Shown here: positions 1 to 11,213 of the stretch, one piece after another
How the letters are laid out: the number at the start of each line of letters is the position of its first letter
Position numbering within the stretch: position 1 is the stretch's first letter
Assembly: GCF_018977255.1 (NCBI RefSeq)
Contig: NW_024704742.1
Location: 118,484,001-118,548,000 of the forward strand
Origin: Callorhinchus milii
Lineage: Eukaryota
Direction of reading: 5' to 3'
Length of the DNA stretch: 64,000 bases
Notes under the pieces: model-generated
Seen by the model: only the letters and a program-made list of their open reading frames with translations
Told to the model about the DNA's origin: nothing
The model's database searches: none
Position numbers and translations under genes: made by a program

Positions 1-439
1 TTCTGTATAGAATTCAACAATTTGCCAAATTGTAAACCGAAAAAGTATGTTAATAGAGTAAATCTGCACTCAAGTGGAATTTCTCTCCAGCAATTCACTG
101 ATTCTGATCCTTTACATGTATCTGATACATGTATCATAAAATGAATGGCTGACTAGAGAGAAATCCCTTTTAAAAATATTTTCAACAACAACTTGCATTT
201 ATAAAGAAAGGGCGCTTCTCATGGGGTAGTTGCCTTGGAGCACTTAGGTTGTCAAGATGATGATTGATGGTTAAATCAGACGGTTAAGTCTAAACTACCA
301 ACATAAATTTTTTACTGACATACAGAAATTGGGCATTCATACAACATGGGAGAACACATAACATGTACATAGATGAAGGTGATGTGAATGCTCTTTTAAC
401 TAGAAAACAGCCAAGAACCTGTACCCTTGTGGTCTGATT

Positions 440-660
440 TGATTATTTCCACTGGCCATCAAATCAGTAACAAGAGCGCATAAATTTAAGATAATCACAA
501 AAAGAATCAAAAGGAAGTTAGAAAACAATTCTTTACACAGAGGATGGGGGTTAGTATGCAAGATTTTATGCCACAAACTGTTGTTGAGGTAGTATTCATA
601 AATTTGTTTGAGAATTGTAACGTATGGGGAACGAGTGAGAAAGTAGGATTGGATTATGTT
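440..660 (+). mobile_element. Old CR1 LINE 3' fragment
   Basis: Degenerate TRAHKFKI...FTQR motif typical of the CR1 ORF2 C-terminus. Confidence 0.55.
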
Positions 661-669
661 GTTCATATA

Positions 670-860
670 CAATACAAAATTACATTTGTATAGCGTCTTT
701 CACATCGAGAGGATGTCCCAAGGCGCTGGACAGTCAGGGATTTGGACCCGAGCTGGGGCTTGGCATCAAGAGGGTTGGAGGGCAGGGAGATAGGGGCACA
801 CGATCTGCAGAGTTTTGGATGATGTGCAGCTCGTGCAGGGAAGAGTTGGGGAGGCCAATG
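670..860 (-). mobile_element. L2 LINE 3' fragment (internally deleted)
   Basis: L2 tail stem-loop plus a GLPNSSLHELHIIQNSA-type remnant on the minus strand. Confidence 0.7.
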
Positions 861-1619
861 GAAAAAAACACCAGTGAAACGTTAATTGGCCAAATGGCCG
901 GTTTCTGTGGTGTAACAATCTATGATTCTCTAATTCTCCTTGAACAACATCTGAATAAATAAGCTATTTCTGCCCAGCAGAAACAGGTTTTCTAACGCTG
1001 CTGAATCACTGTTTGCCAGTACAAGCCTTTCAAATAAGAGGCTCCCAAACAGATTTGGTGACAATAACACATATCAAAGCAACATTTAAGGCATCTTTGC
1101 TTTCAGCAGCTTTGATCCAAGTGAGATCCTTACTGTCAAACAACACAGAAGTGTATTATATTTTGGTTACTTGAAAATTCAATGTCACAAATACTCCAAT
1201 TATTGAACCTGTTCATGTTTTACAAGAACAAGATCATGTGACATATTGAGAAAAGGTCTAGTACCAGAAGGTGGGAAAAACACTAACAACTCCTATGAAA
1301 AGTTAGTGTGACATCACAGCTTACTATGCTCTATTCTGTGGCACCAAAAATATACAGCGTAATCAAAATCCTATTCAACACTGGCATAACAACAACCCCA
1401 GTGGCAATACACTTCACATACTTATACCAGCTGCATGAATTAGTTACTACAGTCACTCTCAAGATGCTGAGCATAGCTACTCTCTGCCACAATGTAATAT
1501 GCAAACTGTGCCATATGTTTCATACCACGAGAACAAAGCTTGAAATGTTTAAGAACATTTTGTGACTGAGAACAATTGCAAGAAAAGGAAACAGGTCAGA
1601 GAGGCTAAAAAGAATAAGA

Positions 1620-1745
1620 ATAATAATTTGGTTCCTCAATCCACAAATGTTTGTGGGACACTGCTGTGCGCAATTGTCTGCCACGTTTTGCCCACAAAAT
1701 ATACAGTCAATTCAATTTATAGTATATTCTGTTGAAGCGCTTTGA
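1620..1745 (+). mobile_element. tRNA-SINE 3' body, left part (continues at 3595-3643)
   Basis: Matches the SINE body up to GAAGCGCTTTGA; the remainder GAGATGTCTCGAAGATGTCATAAGG resumes after the L2. Confidence 0.75.
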
Positions 1746-3594
1746 AACAACAACAACAAAAAATTGCATTTGTATAGCGCCGTTCACGTCAGGAGGTTGT
1801 CCCAAGGTGCTGGACAGTCAGGGGAGGGTAGGTGTAAGGAGGGTGACCGAAGGCACGGTTGAAGAGGATTGTCTTGGAACGGTTCTTGAAGGAGGCTAAG
1901 GGAAGCGGTGAGGTGGAGAGACGGGGGATGGAGTTCCAGAGGGTGGGGGCAGAGAGGCTGAAGGCCCGCCTGCCCGCCAATGGTGGGTCGGGCAAGGCGG
2001 GGTTGTGAAGCAGGCTGGAGCTCGCTGAGCAGAGTGAGCGAGCAGGTTGGGAGGGAGTTAGGGGTTCGCAGAGGTAGGAGGGAGCGTGGCCATGGAGGGC
2101 TTTGAAGGTGAGGACCAGGATCCTCTAAGTGATGGGGAGCCAGTGGAGCCGGGCAAGGATCGGTGTGTTAATGTCGCAGAGCGTGGTGCGGGAGAGGACA
2201 CGGGTTGCAGAGTTCTGGATGATCTGCAGCCTGTGGAGGGAGGAGTTGGGGAGGACAACAAGCAGGGAGTTTGCATAGTTGCGCCTGGTTGTGTTGAATG
2301 TGTGGATGAGGGTCTCGGCGGCCTGGGTGACAGGCAGTGGTGAAACTGGGCAATGTTGCGGAGGTGGGGAAAGGTGGAGCAGGTCATGGCATGGATGTGG
2401 GGTACGAAAGACATTTGAGGGTCGAACAGGATGCTGAGGTTCAGTATTGGCTCCATGAGATGTAGAGTGCATCCATGGAGGGAGATGCTGCCAGAGCCCG
2501 AGGTATGGAGGTGCTGATGGGAGCCAAGCAGGAGGGCTTCAGTCTTATTGACATCCAACTGTAGAAAGCTAGCTCTCATTCAGGACTTGATGTCCGACAG
2601 GCAGTCTGTGAGGACAGCAGTGGTCCTGGAGTTGAGGGTGGAGATGGAGAGGTAGAGTTGGGTATCATCATGTACATAATAATAATAATCCTTGCATTTG
2701 ATATAGTGCTTTTCATGTCTTCTAGACGTCTCAAAGCGCTTCACAGAATATACTGTGAAGTGAATTGACTATATTTGTGGGTGAAACGCGGCAGCCAATT
2801 GCACACAGCAGTGTCCTACAAACAGGTGTAGATTGAAGTGACCAATTTATTATTGTTTTTTTTCTTGAGGGATTATTATCAGGCGTGTGAGGTAAGGAAA
2901 CTTGTGCAAGGTTTTTCCCTGCCGGGAATCGAACCCAGCAAATTGACTCTACATCTACATATGGAAGTTGACCCCATGTCTACGGATGATGTCACCAAGA
3001 GGGAGCATGTAAACGTTGAAAAGGAGGGGACCAAGAACAAATCCCTGAGGGACGCCACACATGATGGTGCGGGGACTGGAGGAGAAGCCGTAAGTGGAGA
3101 CAAAGTGGAGACGGTGGGAGAGTTAGGATTTGAACCAGGCAAGGACAGGTCTGTGAATGTTGAGCTGAAAGGAGAGGCAATGGAGGAGGATAGAGTGGTC
3201 GACAAAGTCAAAGGCAGCAGAGAGGTCGAGCAGGACAAAGAGGCAGAGAGAGCTCTGGTCATAGATGGACAGAATATCATAGTGACTTTGATCAGCATGC
3301 AAACCCGATTGGAGGGGTTCATATAGGGAATGGCAGGAGAGGAAAAAGCGAAGCTGGGTCGCAACAATTTGTTCCAGGGCCTTGGAGAGGAAAGGGGGGT
3401 TGGAGATGAAACGATAGCTGGAGAGTAGTGAAGGGTCCAGGGAAAGTTGTTTGAGGATTGGGGTGATGACACCTGTTTTTAGCGGGATGGGAACAGTGCC
3501 AGTGGATAAGAAGACATTGATGTTGGTTAAAAGAGGAGCCAGGAGGTGGAGCCGGGAGGTAAGGAGAGGGGTAGAGATAGGGTCAAGGGAGCAG
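1746..3594 (-). mobile_element. L2 LINE, 5'-truncated, degenerate RT C-terminal half, with nested SINE
   Basis: (TTG)n tail and stem-loop. Remnants [35 protein letters not shown]-like and HGVNFHMY..DDTQLY on the minus strand. Confidence 0.9.
2679..2955 (-). mobile_element. tRNA-Ala-derived SINE, short variant, 5'-truncated, inserted in L2
   Basis: (TTA)n tail, SINE body, partial B box; flanked by TACATA direct repeats (2673-2678, 2956-2961). Confidence 0.85.
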
Positions 3595-3639
3595 TGAGAT
3601 GTCTCGAAGATGTCATAAGGTGCTATATCAAATAATAAT

Positions 3640-3991
3640 AATAATACTTACATACTTGCTATGTCATGTCTTCAAGATGTCTCCAAGTGCTTCACAGCAT
3701 ATACTGTAAAGGGAATTGACTGTATATTTTGTGGGAAAAACGCGGTAACCAATTGAGCACAGCAGTGTCCCACAAACAGTCATGGATTGAAGTGACCAAT
3801 TTATTGTTATTATTTTTTTAAGGAATTATTACACCCAGAAAAGCGATCCGCCAATCGACTATCAACCGGGTTCCTACTTACAGAGGAGTGTGGAGTAAGG
3901 AAACTTGGCCAACATTTTGCCTTGCTGGGAATCAAAAGCATGTCTCTCGCTTGCGAGACAAGAGCTCTAACCACTGAGCCACAAGGATTCC
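3640..3991 (-). mobile_element. tRNA-Ala-derived SINE, long variant (also at about 14704-15055)
   Basis: Pol III A-box head, central segment and L2-like tail. Confidence 0.85.
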
Positions 3992-5364
3992 ACAACTCCA
4001 CAAATAAGGATTATTATTATTATTTATTTTCTATATGTCTCCTCAAGACTGGTTTACCTTGTGGTTTTTACAGGGAGGTATCTGTGGAAACTTCACACTG
4101 AACCACCAAAAGAAAAGCATGAATCAGATGTGAGTAACAAAGTGATTTGAGCTGGAGCACAGCTGCTGATACCTCTAAGAATGTGATTTTGCCAGGATAT
4201 TGATACTCGCAGCCTCAGTTTCAAAGCCGATAATGCAATTTAGTTCTTCCTCCTCTCAAATAATGGTTGCTTAAAATCTATGAGGGAATGGGATTCAAAA
4301 GATAATTTTAATGTTGTGAGAGATATAAAACTAATTTTAGTTGGCAGAATGAGTTCTAAGCATGCATTTAACACACAGCACTTTTTAGCTCTTTTAACAA
4401 TGTGAGATTGTTGTGTCAGGTGAAATTTAAATTGTGGTTCCAGTATCTTGGAACGAATGTTACTTTCATGCATTTGGATTAAGAGATCTGACTGCCAAAG
4501 TGTAAGTAAAAATCATTGCTCACAATTTTGAAATAATCTGATTTCAATCAATTACTTAGAGTTGCTCGGTCCTGAAGTGTATTTTGTAACTTTATCAAAC
4601 CACTGCATCCTGCTAAAGGTCACTAGTCCTGAAGATTATCTCAGTTATTTTCATACTTGTCCAGAGAAAACTGTGGTACAATTTAACAACAACAATAAAA
4701 TTACATTTTATTCAGGAGGACATCCCAAGGTGCTGGACAGTCAGTGTTTCGGACCTGAGATAGGGGCCGGGAAGGAGGTACAATGATTTTGAGCTCAGCA
4801 AACAGATGGGAGACAGACTTAAGGAAAGAGACTCCCTCTGCTTTAGCTTTGCACTGGCTATGGAAAGAATCAAACCTTTTAACATTTAAATGTAGTGTTC
4901 ACAGGCAGTCCATTAAGACCACCCTTATGTTTGATATGTCAGGGATGAGCTGGTATTTCCACAGTTCTTTGCTTATATTAAACATGCACTCACCATCTAA
5001 ATTAAGGTTGTGTGTCCACCAGTACTGTGTATAGTTTTTAGACTGATTAGGCAACTCTGCTATTAGCTTAGTGCATAGGATTTTCTTTTCATCTCTTTCT
5101 TGCCTTGCTACCAAACTACGCGTTGGATCAAGAATGTACCCATTTATTTCTCTTAAGGCTTCAATTGGACTTGCTTCTACTGGAGTAAGAGGACAGTTAT
5201 TTATTGCACAAGTTGTGGCTGTTCCTAGTCTGGGAGAAAGAATGATTTGAATGAGGTTACAAAGAAAGAGAAGTGGAAAAACATTTCTATTTAAAAAAAA
5301 CTTGTTCAAAAAACTGGAGTTGGGGCATTAATTCAGTATCCCAAATCCCAGCACAGCAAGCTCC

Positions 5365-5615
5365 TTATCAACAACAACAACAAAATTACATTTGTATAGC
5401 GCCTTTCACGTTGGGAGGATGTCCCAAGGTGCTGGACAGTGTACAGCATTTCAGACCCGAGCTGGGGTCAGGGGGAGAAGGGAGGGGAGGGGAGGTGGCC
5501 GATGGCATGGTCGAAGAGGAGTTTCTTGAGGCAGGACTTGAAGGAGGCTAAGGAGGGGGCGAGGCGGAGTGATTGGGAGATGGAATTCCAGAGGTTGGGG
5601 GTTGGTAGGGGGTTA
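5365..5615 (-). mobile_element. L2 LINE 3' end (also at about 16427-16677)
   Basis: (TTG)n tail, stem-loop, LKSCLKKLLFD-like C-terminal remnant. Confidence 0.8.
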
Positions 5616-5814
5616 GGAAAGGTATGAATGAAGCAATACAAAGGTGCTTCCTATATTTTGCTGGTACAATATGTCACTTTTACCTGCCTACTGAATACAA
5701 GCCATCATACATTTTACTGGATACATATTGGGCACAGAGGTTAAAAAAAAGTTGTGACTTGCATCTGAAACACAAAAACAATGGATGATTGGTTGCCACT
5801 AATGTTTATAGATA

Positions 5815-6166
5815 TCATCCAGGCTTAGTTGGTAGCATTGTTGCCTCAGAGCCAAAGGGTTGCACATTCACTTCAGGATTCTGAAATCACAGCCTTGGCT
5901 GTTACTCCACTGCAATACTGGAAGTGCACCGTATTATTGGAGAGCCATCCTTCAGACTAAGGTCCCATCTGCCTCTTCAGGTGGATGTCAAAGATCCCCC
6001 AAATAAAATTGGTCACTCACTTCATGACTGTTTGTGGGACATTGATGTATGCAATTTTGCTGCCTTGCTTGTCTACAAATGCACATTCACTACACTTCAC
6101 AGTAAAATCCTGTGAAGCTCATTGAGACATCTTGATGATGTGATGATGTGCTATGTCAAATGTAAG
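5815..6166 (+). mobile_element. Old Deu-domain SINE (SacSINE1/AmnSINE1-like); copies at about 11349-11698 and 16877-17229
   Basis: Degenerate tRNA head, CAGGTGGATGTCAAAGATCCC Deu-like core, L2-type tail; homologous to 50325-50752. Confidence 0.6.
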
Positions 6167-7543
6167 TACATAAGTCGTTTCATTATAAGTAAGTTGTACA
6201 TGCACCCAAGTCCCATTCATTTTCCTACTAAAAATACTTTGATTTCTTTGCACTGATTGGATTTTACAAGTCGGATAAATGGTTAAGTCGTAATGATTTT
6301 CTGATCTCAAATAATGGAAATCCTAATAAAATCATCTTCTAACTCATATCACCACAACCACATCTATCAGCTCATTGACAATGTATTGCATGTATAGTGC
6401 TAACCAATACATTATCAATGAGTTAATAATAATCCTTGCATTTGATATAACCTTATAATGTCGTTGAGATGTCTCAAAGTGCTTCACAGAATACATTGTA
6501 AAGTGAATTGACTATATATTTTGTTGGGGGAAACATGGCATATATAATGATAGATTGAAACATTGCATGAGGCAAATGAGATCATGACCCGCGCCCGCGA
6601 TTTTATTGCGGTCTCGAAATTTGAACTTTTTTCAGAGAAAATTTATAAAAATTACAGTGTTAATAATTCTTTGTAAGAGTTCATGTTTTATTAAAATAAT
6701 TCAGTTTTGAAACCTCTTTGCTAGCGACATTCATTGTACATGTTTTTTGCACATGAGGTCATGTACATCGTTATAAAATGACTCGGAATTTGCATAAGTC
6801 CTATTAAATGTTATGGTCCTGACTGATACGATCTGTATGTATTTACCTCTATTATTTTTATTACAAAACTGTGTTTTGGGATCAATTGGAATTTCACCCA
6901 CTTCTGTGTTTACTGCCGTATGGTCTAGTTTAACATCCCAGAAAGTTGTATTGTGTCACAATACTTTTCAGCAAGACAGAGGTCATGTGGCAGCGTTTTC
7001 TTGTTACTTTATTATTAAACGGCTTTAAAAATGTGAGGTTGAAACTGATAAAAACATCTTTGTTATTGAATAACGTTTATCTTTTAATGAGCACAATGTT
7101 CGAATATAGAACACTGGGATACAGTTTATTTGCACTTGTAAAGAAGGTCTTTAGATCCCGCTGTTTTATGCACATGACTAAATGCCAACTTTCTGACAGG
7201 GTCATCTGTCTCTGGTGCCAGCTGAATAAAAATGTTCTTCAAGCAGATGTGGGTTTCTCTTCAGAAGAGAAACCAAAACAAATGACAAAAAGCAGCTCAC
7301 CGAGTCAGGGAGAAAGAAACGCCTTGAGTTTTAAATCAACATGTTGTTCTCACTCTCTCTCTCTCTGTATTCAAAATATAGTCATTGCGCTTTCCATTTT
7401 AAATTTCATTTTAAATGATAAATCCCGTGAAGTGCTTTGAGACATCGTCCCGACATCAAAGGTTCTATGCCAAATGCACTGATTATTATATTATTATTAC
7501 AGTGTGCTCCCCAGAGTTTGACAGTAAAATTGAAATTCTTTGG

Positions 7544-9104
7544 CCCTCTCCTCACACCTGTCCCCCTCACATCTGTCCCTCTCCTCACACCTGTCTCCCC
7601 TCACACCTGTCTCCCCTCACACCTGTCTCCCCTCACACCTGTCTCCCTCACACCTGTTCCCCTCACACCTGTCTCCCCTCACACCTGTCCCTCTCCTCAC
7701 ACCTGTCTTCTCCTCACACCTGTCCCTCCCCTCATACCTTTCCCTCTCCTCACACCTGTCCCCCCTCACACCTGTCCCTCCCCTCACACCAATCCCTCCC
7801 CTCTCACCTGTCTCCCCTCACACCTGTCTCCCCTCACACCTGTCCCTCCCCTCACACCTGTCTCCCCTCACACCTGTCTCTCTTCACACCTGTCTCCCCT
7901 CACACCTGTCCCTCCCCTCACACCTGTCTCCCCTCACACCTGTCCCTCCCCTTACACCTGTCCCTCTCCTCACACCTGTCTCCCCTCACACCTGTCCCTC
8001 CTCACACCTGTCCTCCCCTCACACCTGTCTCCCCTCACACCTGTCCTCTCCTCACACCTGTCTCCCCTCACACCTGTCTCCCCTCCCACCTGTCTCCCCT
8101 CACACCTGTCCCTCCTCACACCTGTCCTCCCCTCACACCTGTCTCCCCTCACACCTGTCCTCTCCTCACACCTATCCTCTCCACAACTGTCCCTCCCCTT
8201 ACACCTGTCCCTCCCCTCACACCTGTCTCCCCTCACACCTGTCCCTCCCCTCACACCTGTCCCTCCCCTCACACCTGTCTCTCCTCACACCTGCCTCTCC
8301 TCACACCTGTCCCCCCTCACACCTGTCCCTCCCCTCACACCAATCCCTCCCCTCACACCTGTCCCTCTCCTCACACCTGTCCCTCTCCTCACACCTGTCC
8401 CCCCTCACACCTGTCTCCCCTCACACCTGTCTCTCCTCACACCTGTCTTCTCCTCACACCTGTCCCTCCCGTCATACCTGTCCCTCTCCTCACACCTGTC
8501 CCTCCTCACACCTGTCTCCCCTCACACCTGTCCCTCCTCACACCTGTCCCTCCCCTCACACCAATCCCTCCCCTCACACCAGTCCCTCCTCTCACACCTG
8601 TCTCCCCTCACACCTGTCCCCCCCTCACACCTGTCCCTCCCCTCACACCTGTCCCTCCTCACACCTGTCCTCCCCTCTTACCTGTCTCCCCTCGCACCTG
8701 TCCTCTCCTCACACCTGTCTCCCCTCACACCTGTCCCTCCCCTCACACCTGTCCCTCTCCTCACACCTGTCCCTCTCCTCACACCTGTCCCTCCTCACAC
8801 CTGTTCTCCCCTCACACCTGTCTCCCCTCACACCTGTCCCTCCCCTTACACCTGTCCCTCTCCTCACACCTGTCTCCCCTCACACCTGTCCCTCCTCACA
8901 CCTGTCCTCCCCTCACACCTGTCTCCCCTCACACCTGTCTCCCCTCACACCTGTCTCCCCTCACACCTGCCTCCCCTCACACCTGTCCCTCCCCTCACAC
9001 CTGTCCCTCCCCTCACACCTGTCCCTCCCCTCCCACCTGTCCCTCCCCTCACACCTGTCTCCCCTCACACCTGTCCCTCTCCTCACACCTGTCCCTCCCC
9101 TTAC
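7544..9104 (+). repeat. Minisatellite, 16-18-bp unit TCACACCTGTC(TCCCC/CCTCCCC/CCTCTCC), about 90 units
   Basis: Directly visible tandem array; pyrimidine-rich + strand. Confidence 0.98.
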
Positions 9105-9907
9105 GCTCCGCCCCTCTACTGCTGTTCCCATTGTGACGGATCAAAGCGGCGACCTTTCTCATTGGACCTCTGCCGCCTGCGTGTCTGTCTGTCCCCCCCG
9201 CCCCGCCCCCAGGCCCCGCCCTCCAGGCCCCGCCCCCCAGGCCCCTGTCCGTGCCGTGCGCGCTTACGTCAGGAGGCTGAATGGCAACATTGTTGTGAGA
9301 AGAGGGACCAGGGGTTCTGGAGGCGAGAGCGCGATCCGCTGCACATCCACATCACGGGGGGACTCGTGTAGACAACAGCAGCAGCAGCAGCAGGTGGAGG
9401 AGGAGGTGGTTGGCGCGCGCCCCCTCACTCGCTCACCTCCCGGGGAATCGAACGTTCTCTTCGGCATTGCTGCCGGAGGTGGGGATGGGGACGAGCGCGA
9501 GGCGAGCGCTGCGGCGTCCGCTTGTAAACACAGGCGGCCACGTGATGTGAGCAGCGCATTGTCTGCGAGAGAGAGAGAGAGAGAGAGGGAGCGCGAGAGA
9601 GGAGGTCTCGGGGCAGCATCAGCCGCAGCACAGACCCACATACAGGGAGAGGGGAGGGGAGGGGGGGCGGAGAGGACAGGACAGCGCGGTCCGGTACGGT
9701 CCGGTGTGGTGCAGTTGGGACGCTGGACACTCACTTCGACGTGCACGTCTGGGGGCTGTTGGAGGAGGAGAAAGACCACTTGAACCAAGATGGCTGTGTT
9801 AGCCCCGAACTTCTAGCGGATGTGGCTGTGCTTTTATTTATTTATATATGTTTATATATATATATATATTATCGGGTTGTTGTTTCTGACTTGTGGGGCA
9901 TTGCACG
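9105..9907 (+). promoter_or_regulatory. JMY: CpG-island promoter / 5' UTR of JMY, copy 1
   Basis: GC- and CpG-rich. Inverted CCAAT 9161-9165, clustered CCCCGCCCC GC boxes 9195-9238, TTACGTCA 9264-9271, GTAAACA 9524-9530, CACGTG 9539-9544, (GA)n 9567-9586. TSS cannot be placed. Confidence 0.75.
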
Positions 9908-10828
9908 ATGTCATTCGCTATGGAGGATAACCTGGAGTCGGACTGGGTTGCTGTGCGACCCAACGCTTTCGACGAGAAGGAGAGGCACAAGTTCGTCTTT
10001 ATCGTGGCTTGGAATGAAGTGGAAGGAAAGTTTGCCATCACCTGTCACAACAGGACTGTTCAGAGGAAGAAGATTGGGGCAAAGGGGGTCCAGGGGTCAC
10101 AGGAGCCGTCGGACAGCTCTCCTGTAACGGGCAGCAAGGCCGCAGCTCAGGGGGGGACTGTGAGGAAGAGCCCGACTGGAGAGGGAACCGAGCTGAGAAG
10201 TCCTATCAGAGAAAGGACCAGCATCCAGAGCCCAACTCGAGGAGACATTGGGGCCAAGAGCCCATCCAAAGGGGACATCAGGGCCAAGAGCCCAGCGCAG
10301 GGGGGTATGACAGTCCCTGAGTCAATCTCGGGGGATCCGAAGATGACAGGTCATGGAACAGGCAAGACATGTTTTCTGGACCCTATTCAAGATCATACCC
10401 GTGTCCAGGAGTCCACGACTACTGCTGGAGAGGCTGGTGATCAGACACAGGATCAGGAGAGTGTGATGCCGGATGACTGCAGTTGGGCGGGACTGTTCTC
10501 CTTCCAGGATTTGAGATTGATTCATCAGCAATTCTGTGCTGTAAATTCCGAACTGGAGCCCTGTTTACCCGCGTTTCCCGAAGAGACGTCGGGGATGTGG
10601 TCTGTGCTGTTTGGAGCCACAGAGGTGTTTGAAGGGGAAATGGACTCTCTCTGCTTACAGCTGCAGATGTACCTCGGCCACGCGCTGGACATTTGCGGGT
10701 GGAAAATCCTCTCTCACCTACTGTTCACTGAAAGTGATGACCCCGACGAGTATTACGAGAGCCTGAGTGAGCTGAGGCAAAAGGGATACGAAGAGGTGCT
10801 CCACAGAGCCAAAAAGCACTTGCAGGAG
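9908..10828 (+). CDS. JMY: JMY coding exon 1, copy 1 (307 codons; N-terminal LIR motif and JMY/WHAMM N-terminal domain)
   Basis: Translation MSFAMEDNLESDWVAVRPNAFDEKERHKFVFIVAWNEVEGKFAITCHNRT...CSWAGLFSFQDLR...YYESLSELRQKGYEEVL matches the vertebrate JMY N-terminus. ATG at 9908 with an in-frame TGA upstream at 9887. Phase-0 donor GAG|GTGGGA at 10828/10829. May be a false (assembly) duplicate of the copy at 21011. Confidence 0.85.
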
Positions 10829-11213
10829 GTGGGACAACCTAATTATTTTTTGTCGTAAACATGTTCAAACGGTCTTGTGTGACATGCGTCTTAATTGCCC
10901 CTATTTTGGAGCGAAACTTGTCCGCATCAGAGAGGTGATGTGCAAGTTCGTGCAGTTTGAACGCGAGTGAACCCTGAGCCCTGTTTTGAAATAATCGTCA
11001 ATGACCATTATTTCAGAAACCGTGGAATCAATATATATCGGTGTTCACTGCGAGAATTAGATAACTGCTGTTTTTTTGTTTCGTAGGGAAATAATGCAGC
11101 TTTGTTAGTACTGTTGCCCCAATTTCCAGTCAAACAGCTGTGGAACCTACATCCTACAATTCAGATTAATTAGCAGAAGGACCTGATTACCTACAGTGTT
11201 TAATCCTATTCAT

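Larger units (their letters stand above)
3177..11213 (+). repeat. Large direct duplication, unit 1 (~8.0 kb)
   Basis: Colinear and ~99% identical by eye (outside the minisatellite) to 14241-22315. ORF-track entries recur at offsets of about 11,060-11,100. Confidence 0.95.

Noticed and set aside
7544..9104. Possible CRISPR-like array
   Set aside because: No unique spacers, units too short, no cas genes, vertebrate context.
7415..9783. Long Pro/Ser/His/Thr/Leu ORFs (573-747 aa) in all three + frames, repeated at 12944-14492 and 18477-20470
   Set aside because: The minisatellite unit cannot form stop codons on this strand. Unit lengths of 16-18 nt do not preserve frame, and the translations differ between copies.
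9264..9788. 174-aa antisense ORF over the promoter (poly-Cys, SLSLSL)
   Set aside because: Product of GC-rich sequence and CAG/GA microsatellites; no recognisable domain.
9893..9907. ORF-track start at GTG 9893 and read-through to 10858
   Set aside because: Homology starts at ATG 9908, and the terminal VGQPNYFLS is intronic sequence after the splice donor.
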